Assembly (NCBI GenBank): GCA_040285825.1 | Contig: JAUPSS010000004.1 | Location: 868,001-932,000, forward strand | DNA length: 64,000 nt | Origin: Eukaryota sp. TZLM1-RC | Lineage: Eukaryota > Protista > Metamonada: BaSk clade | Direction of reading: 5' to 3' | In this document: positions 1 through 11,190 of the stretch, piece after piece | How the letters are laid out: each line of letters starts with the position of its first letter | Position numbering within the stretch: position 1 is the first letter of the stretch | The notes under the pieces: generated by a model | Told to the model about the DNA's origin: nothing | Database searches by the model: none | The model's input: only the letters and a program-made list of their open reading frames with translations | Made by a program: the position numbers and the translations under genes

Positions 1-259
1 TCAGTTTTTATTAACTAAATCAAAATGGTACCAACCTATTACAAGATTCAAGCTGTTTTGCAGCACCTTAGTCACCAAATTCCTTGGCTTATTCATACCA
101 TATCTTAGCTTGGTGAAGATTGAGTACATGTTTACCAAATTTATAACAAATACCTAAATTTTCCTATGTTGTATCCATCTCTATGTTCATAACCATTATT
201 CTGTTCAATAATACTTGAGCCCGACAACGAATAAAGAATAACAAATACACAAAGTTTTA

Positions 260-416
260 AATTCCACATCACAACAGTTAATCACTAATGAATCAAAAAG
301 TTGTGTTAGGATCAAATAGAACAAATATAAAATATCATATACACAAAGAAAGCTTCAGATTCCACCTCGCAGCAGTTAATCACTAAAAATTCAAAAAGCT
401 GTGTTAGATTCAAAAA
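260..416. repeat. Two diverged direct copies of a ~57-bp unit, ~99 bp apart
   Basis: attccacatcacaacagttaatcactaatgaatcaaaaagttgtgttaggatcaaa vs attccacctcgcagcagttaatcactaaaaattcaaaaagctgtgttagattcaaa. Confidence 0.7.
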
Positions 417-1079
417 TTGAATTCATTATTCCCTCATAAAACTTGGCACTACCTCAAAATGCTCAAAGCAAACTGAAGCAGTTTTACCTCAACAACTGGG
501 CAAAGAAATATCAAGGGACATTATTTCTAAGAGGATTGTTGAAATCAAAACTTACAAAATAATAAGAAGAAGAACTACAAGGTCCAATTGAGATGAAATA
601 CGATGCTTACAGTTCAAAAGATGAGTAAGAACAGTTTCCAGTACATTAACACCTTGATCATTTAACTTTTGACAGGGAAAGCTTTCAAACATTATTTCCC
701 TTGTTCCAATGTACTAATGCTTCTATTACCCTCCAAAATAATTATAAAATCCGTTACAACGATGTGAACCTCGAAATTCAACCAACTATAGCTTTTTGTG
801 ACTCTTTCATCGAGTAGGAGAAACAATGGAAACGAGCAGACCAGTTGAAGAAACCTAGTTACTATAGTTTAGTCCCATTAGTTCTGTTTCACAAGATTTT
901 TTCTACCTTGTTACTCTTGATGTTGAACATGTTGAATGATAGCATTGGTTGAGGGAATATAAAATGACTATACAGCATTATTGGAACAATTTGAGGTGAA
1001 ATAGAGTTTCTCACAACCATCATCTTTCCTCAGGCACCTTCTGTTGCTCTGTTGCTTCCCCTTGGTAATTCCATGAGCC

Positions 1080-2515
1080 ATGGATCTCACCTCTGATGAA
1101 GAACACACTTTACAATCTTTCCTTCATTCTGCCCAAAATCATTATTCGATGTTTTCTCTTTCCTGCTTAACTTCTCATTCTTCCATGAAACACACCAAAA
1201 ATGAAATCATTGACAAAGCTAAGGTCAGCTTGGATGTCCCAATATCCGATCGATCGGAACGAATGGTGGGAGTGAAGTCCATTTCCAGCAGTTTTGCACA
1301 TACACTTCTTCTCACCCATTCTGGTGAGGTTTATGGTTGGGGGAATTTGGACTAACTGCCGTGTAATGGACCAGACGCAATCCAGATTCCAATCAAGATA
1401 CCTTTAAGTGACATTGTTTCCATTTCAGCTGATTATCACCACTCACTTGCTCTCTCTGCTGAGGGAAATTTGTTTGGTTGGGATTGCAATCAGCAAGTTT
1501 CTATGTCAAATAGTATCTCCCTACCAATTACACCAATAGAAATTACTCATGCCATTAAGGAAGTTTATGGTGCCGAGCATTGGTCATTTATTGCAATTGA
1601 TGTTTAACATTCAGGTAACATTTATCTTGAAAATCTTATGTTTATGATTGAATCAACAAAATATCTTGTTTTTTTAAGAATGTAATTAGCAGGTCGTGTC
1701 TCTTTTTCCGAGGTAATCAAGAAAATCAGGATTTAATATTAATATTTGTGATTGATTTTAAAGGCAGTGTATGGAATTTCTTTTAAAGGGGGGAATTCCT
1801 TTAATAATATACCCACCAAAGTCCAAGGTTTAACCAATATTGATACCATTAGTGGAAGCAATGGTAGTTATGCTTCCATTGATGTTAATGGTAAAGTTTT
1901 CATGTGGGGTAAGTTGGCTATTTGACAGTAATCTCTATGAAAATTGTAACCAACCTGTTTGTATTGCAGCTCTTAGCAAAATTAAACACTTTTCAGTAGG
2001 TCGTAACTTCCCTTTTTGCCTACAACAAAAACACTATTTGGGTTTCAGCATGATACTATGTAGGTCAATTAGGTACAGGTGATTTGATTGATCGACCACG
2101 ACCTGTCAATGTATTTGGGTCTGAAATATTTGGTGCTTTTCACCATCCAAAACAACCTTTGGATAGCATGTTTAGTGGTCTTGTTAAGCTTGTTTATTGG
2201 GAATATTTAACTTATTTGCTCTTAAATGGTAATTATCCATATGTTAGGGCAAAATTTTCCACCAAATGTGGTATTAGTAAAAGGGTAGCTCAATTTGCTC
2301 AAGAAGTTTTCAATCATCATACAATTCAAAAGAAGTTGCTTTTAAAAGATCCTCAAGACTTAAATTTAAATGAAAATATTTGTGATTTAAAATTTCATAT
2401 ATCTGCTGATTATATTGGCCTCAAAGTAATTAATACTAGAATTAAAAAAATTGATGTTTACTATGATGAAGTTGATTATGATCCACAATTATTTTCATTT
2501 TTCCTAAATGTTGAG
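1080..2515 (+). pseudogene. RCC1/BLIP-II repeat family pseudogene
   Basis: RCC1-type motifs ISSSFAHTLLLTHSGEVYGWG and ISADYHHSLALSAEGNLFGW; broken by stops and frameshifts over several ORFs; the C-terminal part has a paralogue at 48516-48761. Confidence 0.8.
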
Positions 2516-2755
2516 TTTTCCAGTTTTGCGGACACTCTAACATATCTAGAGTCACGATCTAGCTTAACAACCTCATTTTTTGTGTGAAATAATTTACAAT
2601 TAAACACCTTGATATCGATTTTCATTCTCGTGTAGATATGTAAAAGTTCCTTTGAAACAATTGTTTGTATGTTGACCACGTTGACCTTTAACTAAACCAT
2701 CAATTTCCCTAAAAGTCTTTTTGTGGCTTCACTTATTCTCGGTGATTGTTTTAAC

Positions 2756-3097
2756 CAAGGTACTTAAGGAAATAAATGGGAATTAATTTCGGATTTCAAA
2801 GTGCCAAAAAATAAATAAAAATAGAATTCTATTTTATTGTTATTTTTATTTCCATTTAGGAAACAATATCGTATTTTATTTTATTTAAAAAACTCAAGAT
2901 CAAAAATAAAGTAATCGATAACACAATCATCCTGTTCATCTTCTTCCTGGCGAAAGGTGACCTGAAAACGATTAGAAAATGAGAATTTTATTTCTGAAAT
3001 AATATTTTATTTCTGACAGCTGAAAATGTGCCAAAAATAAATAAAAATAAAATAAAATAAAATGAAATGAAATTTTATTTATTCCTTCCGATACCTG
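2756..3097. mobile_element. hAT-type MITE (~342 bp)
   Basis: 8-bp TSD gttttaac at 2748-2755 and 3098-3105; imperfect TIRs caaggtacttaaggaaataaa / caggtatcggaaggaataaa (right end, reverse complement); (aaaat)n subterminal repeats. Confidence 0.8.
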
Positions 3098-3689
3098 GTT
3101 TTAACCATACAATGACTTAACGTGATAAAATATAAAGTTCTTGCGTGTTAATCATTCGTCCGTTTAAAAAATTTACACCACATCATAAAAACATTTTAGT
3201 TTTACATTCACTTCAGCTGACTATTGTATATCATTTTGACATCACTTTCAATAAGTTCATCATTGACTTCAATGTTGAAGTTTCCTATTGCAGGTGTCTC
3301 ATATCTCATTATTTTTAAAGTATAAAGAATTTCCCTTTTTTATAGCAGCTGATGATTAATTCAAAAAATGCAACTGCTTTCATCAGTTGTTCTTCACTAT
3401 TCATAATCAACACCATGTCCCACATTTGCAACATTATTGATGAAAAACAATTGAAATACGTCATTCATTGACCCAGGAACTGTTGAAATACCTAGTGTGG
3501 AAAATTTTTGTACAACGTCAAAGATAATAACTACTCTTGAATTTGCAGAAATCATGAGAAACATCATCTTTCTAGGTTGTAAATATCAAAGCACTTCACT
3601 GTTGTTTCATGAATCTATTTTTCTAACTAACACAGAGATTTGCCTACAACTCTTTAATTGCCAGTATTTGGTTTATGGAAAATGGAAAA

Positions 3690-3990
3690 GTAAAAAACTT
3701 GTCTATTCCTACCAGCATTGGCTTCTGCAATATCCTTAAAAATTCTTTGTGTTTCTTTTGCTTTGAATTCAATAAGTTCTTCAGTAGTCAGGTTATGTTG
3801 AATTAAAGTGTCGTTTGCAACATTGCAGAAAACAAAATTGACAAATATTATAGATCTATAAAATGTATGTTTAATCAAACTCCAACACCTAATGAAATCA
3901 GAACTAATGAGACTAAATTTGATGAACCTAGATTTCATCTACAAAATCTTGATCTACTTGTTTTCTGGCTGAGGTAATCTATTAAATATT
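3690..3990 (-). mobile_element. Degenerate, internally deleted 3' fragment of a CRE-like retrotransposon (subfamily B)
   Basis: FVFCNVANDT..FKAKE matches FVSCNVANDT..DFKAKE of 29257-29877; tctacaaaatcttgatct matches 28232-28249. Confidence 0.65.
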
Positions 3991-4165
3991 GGGAAATGTA
4001 GATCAACATAACTGAATTTCATCCACTTGTGATATTGAATCGATCAAATTGTTGAAAGGTCTTCAAAAGTCTTTAGAATTTTGACCTAGTTCCTCAAAAA
4101 GCTACACTTGCCATCACTTAAACATTACCCACACCCCGTATCTTCTCTCCTCTCTCCACACCGCT

Positions 4166-6220
4166 ATGACATCATCCCACCACGATCTTTCCTGCCCTGA
4201 GATCAACGCCTCCGACATCCAACTCGGCGAGAAGATCGGAGAAGGAGGCTTTGCTTCCGTTTATGGCGCCCGCTGGTTCTCTCTCGACATAGCAGTCAAG
4301 ATGGTCTCCCTCACTGAAGAAGGGAAGAAGCTAGTCAGGAAAGAGATTGCCCTCCTTTCTTTCCTCAACAGCCCTGCCATCCTCCGTGTTTTCGGCATTG
4401 CTTACTTTGATGATAAGATCGGCATTGTCATGGAACGCGCTACTTCCTCCCTTCCTACCCCCTCTCCTCTCTCACGTGATACCCTCCGACTGGCCAAGGA
4501 TCTATGCTCTGCGATCAAGATGTTACATGGAAAAGCCGTCGTTCATGGTGACCTAAAACCACAGAATATTCTATTAATTAATGGTCAATTAAGAATAGCT
4601 GACTTTGGTACTTCCAAAGTTATAGCTAACACCACCCGAATATCCACTTCTCTCACGTTTACCCCCAAATATGCCGCTTTGGAGGTCTTTGACAATAGAA
4701 TAACAGAAGCTTCTGATATTTATTCTATTGGGGTAATTTTATATGAATTACTTACTAATAAAGTAGCTTTTGAGGGTTTAAATACTCAATTTTCTCTATT
4801 GGGTGCCAAGTATCAGGGCAAAGAGCTTCCGTTTGATCAAGAAGATCTAGAAATTTTGAAAAATTTGGTTAATGATTGTATGTCCAGTGATCCCTCAAAA
4901 AGACCAACGATTGACCAAATAATTCATCAATTGTGTTTATTGGAAAGCTATGCTGAAGAATTGCCTTTGATAAATGAATTTAATCCCAATTTAAGGCAAA
5001 ATTGTCAAAATTGTGCTCAAAAAGATCAAATTAATGAGGATTTGAGCCAAGAAAATGAAAATTTCCGAAAATCTATTATTGATTTAAATCAGAGAAATCA
5101 AGAATTAACACGAATTTTGGAGGAGAAGAATAGAGAGCTTCACTGGTTTTTCTCTAGTTTTAGTGCTTATGAACTGAATTGTAAAGGCGTAGTATTAGGT
5201 AAAATTGGACAGCATCAAGCAGCAATTTTTTTGTTTCAAAAGGCAGCTGAAGCTGGTAATTCATCAGCTATGGTTAATTTAGGTTATTGTTATGCATATG
5301 GCAAAGGCGTTGATCAAGACCATCAACAGGCTTTTCATTGGTATAGCAAGGCAGCTGAAGCTGGTTATAGTTTTGCTATGTCAAGTTTAGGTGTTTGTTA
5401 TTTTCATGGTCAAGGTGTGGACCAAGACCATCAACAAGCTTTTTATTGGTATAGCAAGGCAGCTGAAGCTGGTAATAATTATGCTATGTCAAGTTTAGGT
5501 GTTTGTTATAGAGATGGTAAAGGTGTTGATCAAGACCATCAACAGGCTTTTTATTGGTTTAAAAAAGCTGCTGATGTTGGTCATGCCGGTGCTATGGTTA
5601 GTTTAGGTAAATGTTACGAGAAAGGTCTTGGTGTGGAAAAGGATTACCAACAAGCCTTTCATTGGTATAGCAAGGCAACTGAAGCTGGTAATAGTGTTGC
5701 TATGGTTAATTTAGGAGGTTGTTATTTTCATGGTCAAGGTGTGGACCAAGACCATCAACAAGCCTTTTATTGGTATAGCAAGGCAGCTGAAGCTGGTAAT
5801 AATTATGCTATGTCAAGTTTAGGTGTTTGTTATAGAGATGGTAAAGGTGTGGACCAAGACCATCAACAGGCTTTTTATTGGTTTAAAAAAGCTGCTGATG
5901 TTGGTCATGCCGGTGCTATGGTTAGTTTAGGTAAATGTTACGAGAAAGGTCTTGGTGTGGAAAAGGATTACCAACAAGCCTTTCATTGGTATAGCAAGGC
6001 AACTGAAGCTGGTAATAGTGTTGCTATGGTTAATTTAGGAGGTTGTTATTTTCATGGTCAAGGTGTGGACCAAGACCATCAACAAGCATTTTATTGGTTT
6101 AGCAAGGCAGCTGAAGCTGGTAATAGAGTAGCTATGGTTAATTTAGGTGTAAACACCAAGCTATTAAATGGTACGAAAAGGCCAAGAACGCTGGTGATGA
6201 AGATGCTGCTGATAGGATAG
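4166..6220 (+). CDS. TKL-like protein kinase + coiled coil + Sel1-like repeats (paralogue 1; last repeat deleted and frameshifted)
   Basis: GEGGFASV, AVK, HGDLKPQN, DFG, TPKYAALE, DIYSIG; 8 complete 36-aa SLRs; a deletion at ~6150 relative to paralogue 2 shifts the C-terminal frame. Confidence 0.93.
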   Translation: MTSSHHDLSCPEINASDIQLGEKIGEGGFASVYGARWFSLDIAVKMVSLTEEGKKLVRKEIALLSFLNSPAILRVFGIAYFDDKIGIVMERATSSLPTPSPLSRDTLRLAKDLCSAIKMLHGKAVVHGDLKPQNILLINGQLRIADFGTSKVIANTTRISTSLTFTPKYAALEVFDNRITEASDIYSIGVILYELLTNKVAFEGLNTQFSLLGAKYQGKELPFDQEDLEILKNLVNDCMSSDPSKRPTIDQIIHQLCLLESYAEELPLINEFNPNLRQNCQNCAQKDQINEDLSQENENFRKSIIDLNQRNQELTRILEEKNRELHWFFSSFSAYELNCKGVVLGKIGQHQAAIFLFQKAAEAGNSSAMVNLGYCYAYGKGVDQDHQQAFHWYSKAAEAGYSFAMSSLGVCYFHGQGVDQDHQQAFYWYSKAAEAGNNYAMSSLGVCYRDGKGVDQDHQQAFYWFKKAADVGHAGAMVSLGKCYEKGLGVEKDYQQAFHWYSKATEAGNSVAMVNLGGCYFHGQGVDQDHQQAFYWYSKAAEAGNNYAMSSLGVCYRDGKGVDQDHQQAFYWFKKAADVGHAGAMVSLGKCYEKGLGVEKDYQQAFHWYSKATEAGNSVAMVNLGGCYFHGQGVDQDHQQAFYWFSKAAEAGNRVAMVNLGVNTKLLNGTKRPRTLVMKMLLIG
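5396..6125 (+). repeat. Near-exact 324-bp (3 x 108 nt) tandem duplication within the Sel1 array
   Basis: tgttattttcatggtcaaggtgtggaccaag recurs at 5396, 5720 and 6044. Confidence 0.92.
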
Positions 6221-6354
6221 AAGATTGCAAAAGGCAGCTTGCCAGAAGCTCATGAAGTAGAAGATTATAAAGTACTGTGGTCTATTCAATAAATAACTTT
6301 GTTTATTAATGCTACATTTATTTATTTTCAGTTTTAATCAAATATTGTTCAAAT

Positions 6355-6825
6355 ACTTCGAAATGTTTTTCAAAAAGCAAAACATGGTTAATTAAAATTG
6401 TTAAACTTACTTACTCATATTGTTTACAACGGGTCAATGTTTTTATTTCAACTTTTTAATCAAATTAAACACATTTGATATATTGGTTGTTGGCTCCATC
6501 GAACTATGCCAAGTTGCACATTATAAATGTAAATAGTAAATAGTCCAATTTCTTTTGCTGTACTGAATTTACTTGCATTAATAGTTATGTTGATGCTATA
6601 CTTAATTGCGGTTATAACTTATAAGAACTGATAACGACATTCCTCGTTTCAGTTACATAATGACCAAGTTTCAACGATTGAACCAAAGTGATGGTTATTG
6701 TTAATTATCATTCAATTGATAATGGAGGGTGAAAATTTCGGCTAATTATAAAAATTGAATTACATGGCAATTATTATTTCAATGTATTGTTCATTGTCTT
6801 TATAAACGTGATATTGATTTGAACT
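6355..6825 (+). repeat. 3' flank shared with kinase paralogue 2 (13778-14195 and 14735-14787)
   Basis: Colinear non-coding similarity starting acttcgaaatgtttttcaaaaagcaaaacatg; the paralogue-2 copy carries a ~540-bp insertion. Confidence 0.85.
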
Positions 6826-8851
6826 AACACGTGACTCGTTTTGAATGGTAGTCAAGAGAACCATTATTTCATCAACTTTTTTTACAGTTAATGTTGATCT
6901 TGTTCTTTAATGGTTTTGGATTGTTAATTTGCAACAAAAGATGTAGGTACTATTCCCTTGATTAAGAGTCACTCTTCGGGAAGAAAAAAGAGTGTTGTAC
7001 CTTTGCGGATCACCAATAAAGAAATTATACAGAGTGAGAGCCAATGTATGGTGTATGTTGAACCAAGAAAGAAGAGGTTTTCGAAAGTTCGTGTTGTTGT
7101 GAAGTACAGAGCCATCATAAGTGGCTGGTACAGGTCATTGATGTCCAATTGCATACGAGCGGAAGAAGTTAAGCTTTCGAGACACAAGACCATCAGTAAG
7201 GAGCTGCTAGTATTTGCCTTGTAGCTGGCGACACCTTGCATCCACTAAATGTTGCAGAGGCCTACTAGTGGTCAGCGCAGGATTCTGACATGTTCTTGAC
7301 ATGAACAAGACAGCAAACGGCCATGATGTAGAGATTTGCTCCAACTTCTCATATACATGACCTCTGCCAGTTTTGTTGAATGGATATTTGAATTTTGGCT
7401 CAGAGACCGCCACAAAGTCAAGACACTGGATTCACAATTGATGCTGAGTCAGGAAATGACTATCTTCAAGGAAGCGTACAGCAAAAACTCTGTCCAGCAA
7501 ACTGCCGAGGTGAGCCATGGTGGTCACCTTGGTCAGCTGTCCATCAATATAATCACACACTGGCCGCTCAAAGAACCGACGTAGAGAACATGTACGTGAC
7601 TATGACTTCATAGATTTTACTGAAAGTAGAAGGTTTACTGACAATCAGAAGTGATTGAATTTTGAGTTTCAGTTATGGATTATGTGCAACTTTTACATCT
7701 ACAAAACAATAAAACATCAACAAACTGATAAAGAGACACATTTACAATGGATACTGCTGTGAAATTCAGAATGGAGCATACTGTGCTTTTCACTTAAGGT
7801 TCTTAATTCCTGATTTCCCAACCAGATAAATTCATCAGTCAATTTCGTCCTTTTGACACAGTGTATTTGATTGGGAGAGCTAAACAAATAGCGGATGTTA
7901 TCCGAGTGTTATCACTCGAATTAGCACACAACCAGTGTATCACAATTAAGTCAACAAATTGTTTAAAAGAATCTCTGTTGTTGGCTCATTATTGGCGTTT
8001 TTGGGGACAACTACAATCTTTTTTTAGAATTTCATGAAATTTTCGTCAATTTCAATGTACTAAGCCCATTATTTATCAAAGTGTGTTTTTCCAAATGATC
8101 TAAAAGTTTTATCAATGCGTTATATGTGCTGGATTGATTTGCCAAATATTCTGCGTTTGCTCCAAAGCATATAAGAGGCATTGTAAAGGCATTTTGGAAA
8201 TGAGTCTGGAACCAATAAAGAATAAATACGTATTAATTTTGAAGATTTTGTTTGAACAAGTAGAGACCTGACAGAATTGTGAGAGTCATGCTGGTATAAT
8301 CGATGTACTTAAATCAAACTAACAAACTTAGTCCACACACGCAGCGCTCCGTCTATTTGGTCACGAGTTAACAACCATTGTTTTGCTACCGCAAATGTAT
8401 ACGTGAGTTTGTTTTTAAATTAATACACAATTCAAATTTTCGACGCATTGATATAACCATTACGACGGCATACCAGCTCTATGAAGCCCTTGACATCCGC
8501 CATAATCATTAAATCGCAGGATAATTTCATTTGTAAGACCAATTCGGCCGAATGGTAAATATGACAGAATCCCAAATGTCACTATTTTGGTATTGCCTTC
8601 GTTTTGTTAACTTTTACTGCAATGATTGTGTAGCACTGTTGGATTTTACATCAAAAAATTACTGTAAGCTAAAACCTTAAAAAATCAAACTAAGAGAAAT
8701 AATTTTATTAAATACTGTTACAATTAATAACTTTTGATATGTCAAAACTGGTGACAAAAACCAACAAACCCACATAATAAATATGCAAAAACCACAACTT
8801 AAACAAAAGCTTCATCCAATAGACCTTTCAATTGAATACAACAATCAACAC

Positions 8852-10471
8852 CTAAAGCATCAGCAACACAACAAAAACAAATAAAACCAAGGTCAACGCC
8901 ACCGTAACTTCGAAATTGCCTTCCTCTCTATAGAAGGGATGGAACCAATCCATTGAAAATGATGGCAAAAATGATGGGACTGGGGGAATGTATTCTTCTG
9001 CTTCTGAGGTATATTCTATAAATTGTACAACCGATTTCACAGTTAGGTAAAAACCATCAGCACACGTGATAGGGTCAGAACAGCGAGGAAACCAATCAAA
9101 AGTCTCCAGTCTTCTTCTTACGTGAATGATTGAGTATTGGGGATTAATAATAGAACCAGATTTGGTATACAAAATATCAATGTGTACCGCTCTTGGAACA
9201 GACGAACAATATCCTGTATCTTCTGATAGCTCTGGTACCGACATGTCCACGTCATTGATTGCAATCCAATCATCTTGATTGAGTGAAGAATTTCCATATT
9301 TGGCTATTACTGACTCTGAGCTTAACTCGCCTTTTAATAAATCAAAAGCAATAGATCTCATTGAAGAACATGAAAATTCGTCAAGAGAAATGAAAAAAGA
9401 GCAAGAATTTTCCGAATTTTGCAAAAAAGAAATGTAATTAGAATCGTTGAAACAAGAAATTGAAGGTAAAAAAGGTAAATCATCATTTCTCACAACAATA
9501 GTATCATTGACAAAACCAACGGGAATAAATCTATCTTCTACATAACCAGGATTACCTCCCTTGTATTTCAATGATGGTGAAATGAACTCAGAAATATCTC
9601 GACTGTCAAAGAAAAGAAAAGAATTGACCATTAAATTTGAACCTAATGCCACGTCATCAATTATGAAATCCAAAAGACCTTCAATCAATTCTCCATTATC
9701 ATCGTGTTTTAAATAAAATGAAGAACTAACTACAACATTTCTACAAATATTACCATCAACAAAAGAATCTACAAGATTGGTCACATCATCATCCTTGATA
9801 TGATTGATTGAATAACTAATTGGTATAGTCTCCGATATGGGGGTCGACAATACTTCAACTCCCTGGCTAATAAACATGGAGCTAAGTTGATTACAAACAG
9901 ATTCTGATAAACTTTCCACTACACATTCACTATCAACATTTTTGAGGAATCCTAAATGATTCCACTCGCAACTGGATGTAGAACTTGGTCCAGGAAATGA
10001 AGCCAAACCATCAGGAGTGTGGAGGTAGGACAAAGGTTCATAAGAGGACGGCAGAGGAGGTGGTTGGGGAGCAGTTGGCCAAGAGGTGGAATGGGTAGAA
10101 ATGTAGTCAGAAGCATCAGAGGTGGACAGAGAGGGTGGAGGAGGGTAGAAAAGGCCGGCCAACTCAGAATGAATGTACTTGACACATAGAGGAGATGTGG
10201 ATGATGTAGTAGAGGGAAGGTGTGTTGAATGAAGAGTAGAGTCAGTACATACTTCAACTGAAGGAAGTTCGGGAGCTTCAGGTAAACATTTATCTCCAAA
10301 GAGATCTACTTGATTCTCTGAGCAATCAGGATCACAGCAGCAAAGAGGGTCGCAATAGTCAACAGTGAGGTCACACTGGCATATGAGTAATTCTGTATTT
10401 GATTGAAAAGTTACTGAATGTGTAACGAGTAGTAAAAAAGTAAAGACAAGGCTATGTATAGGGTACAGCAT
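8852..10471 (-). CDS. TCTN: Tectonic-family ciliary transition-zone protein
   Basis: N-terminal signal peptide, CQCDLTVDYCDPLCCCDPDC Cys motif, GNPGY motif, C-terminal hydrophobic tail; intact 539-aa ORF. Confidence 0.9.
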   Translation of the reverse strand: MLYPIHSLVFTFLLLVTHSVTFQSNTELLICQCDLTVDYCDPLCCCDPDCSENQVDLFGDKCLPEAPELPSVEVCTDSTLHSTHLPSTTSSTSPLCVKYIHSELAGLFYPPPPSLSTSDASDYISTHSTSWPTAPQPPPLPSSYEPLSYLHTPDGLASFPGPSSTSSCEWNHLGFLKNVDSECVVESLSESVCNQLSSMFISQGVEVLSTPISETIPISYSINHIKDDDVTNLVDSFVDGNICRNVVVSSSFYLKHDDNGELIEGLLDFIIDDVALGSNLMVNSFLFFDSRDISEFISPSLKYKGGNPGYVEDRFIPVGFVNDTIVVRNDDLPFLPSISCFNDSNYISFLQNSENSCSFFISLDEFSCSSMRSIAFDLLKGELSSESVIAKYGNSSLNQDDWIAINDVDMSVPELSEDTGYCSSVPRAVHIDILYTKSGSIINPQYSIIHVRRRLETFDWFPRCSDPITCADGFYLTVKSVVQFIEYTSEAEEYIPPVPSFLPSFSMDWFHPFYREEGNFEVTVALTLVLFVFVVLLML

Positions 10472-10789
10472 GAGGGGGATTGGAGAACAGGCTTCTAACA
10501 GAAGGTTTTATAAAGATATGGGGAGGGGCAAAATGGAAATGATGTCGAATTTCATGTCTCATTTCCGTTGAAAAATAATTATCTTGTTTGTTGGTTTTGA
10601 TTGTTTTTGATTGTGTCAATGTCAAAGCTTCTAAATACTTACATATTCATCAAGTTGTTATTCTAATACTTTAGAATCAACATTTTTGAAAATCATTTAT
10701 TTACTGCAGCATATTGAAGATATGTTGGACTTGTAAAATTGTTTATTTTGTGCCAATTAGTTTTTGAAGGAGTAAATATTTTATTTATC

Positions 10790-11190
10790 AATTTTGTTTC
10801 AATTTTAATCAAGATAGATTACTTATTATCATCTGCTATATTATCTTCTTGCTCGTTTCATGAAGGCAAAACTTACTTCCAGTCAATTCTTTTGCGCTGA
10901 TTTGGAATATTAAGACATAGAATAATAAGTTTGTTCTACAATTACTGCATTGAAATTATTACTAGTGTATTGTTACATTAAGTCCATTTTTAATAAAATT
11001 CCGGAATTTTATAACAATCGGGTCTCGTGTCAATCTCTTTCAATCAATTGATGGGGTTTGAGTAGGTAAAAGCATTAGTTGAGGAAAACTATAGTTCAAT
11101 TTGGGTCATGATAACGTGTCACCAACTCATTTTGAAACTTACTATATCCAAAACCATTCTCCACAACCACATCAACCACCTCTACACATC
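10790..11190 (+). repeat. Upstream region shared with kinase paralogue 3 (30657-31048)
   Basis: Colinear ~400 bp starting tttgtttcaattttaatc; inverted diverged fragments also near 35125-35240 and 42690-42735. Confidence 0.85.

Noticed and set aside
5240-6150. Regular repeats resembling a CRISPR array
   Set aside because: They are in-frame 108-nt Sel1 coding repeats in a eukaryotic gene, with no unique spacers and no cas genes.
6900-7620. GC-richer stretch with overlapping short ORFs
   Set aside because: No recognisable motif or termini in any frame; probably a decayed gene or TE, so not called.
8380-8530. Minus-strand NGYINASKI resembling KilA-N
   Set aside because: The match is short, stops follow immediately, and no further KilA-N motif is present.
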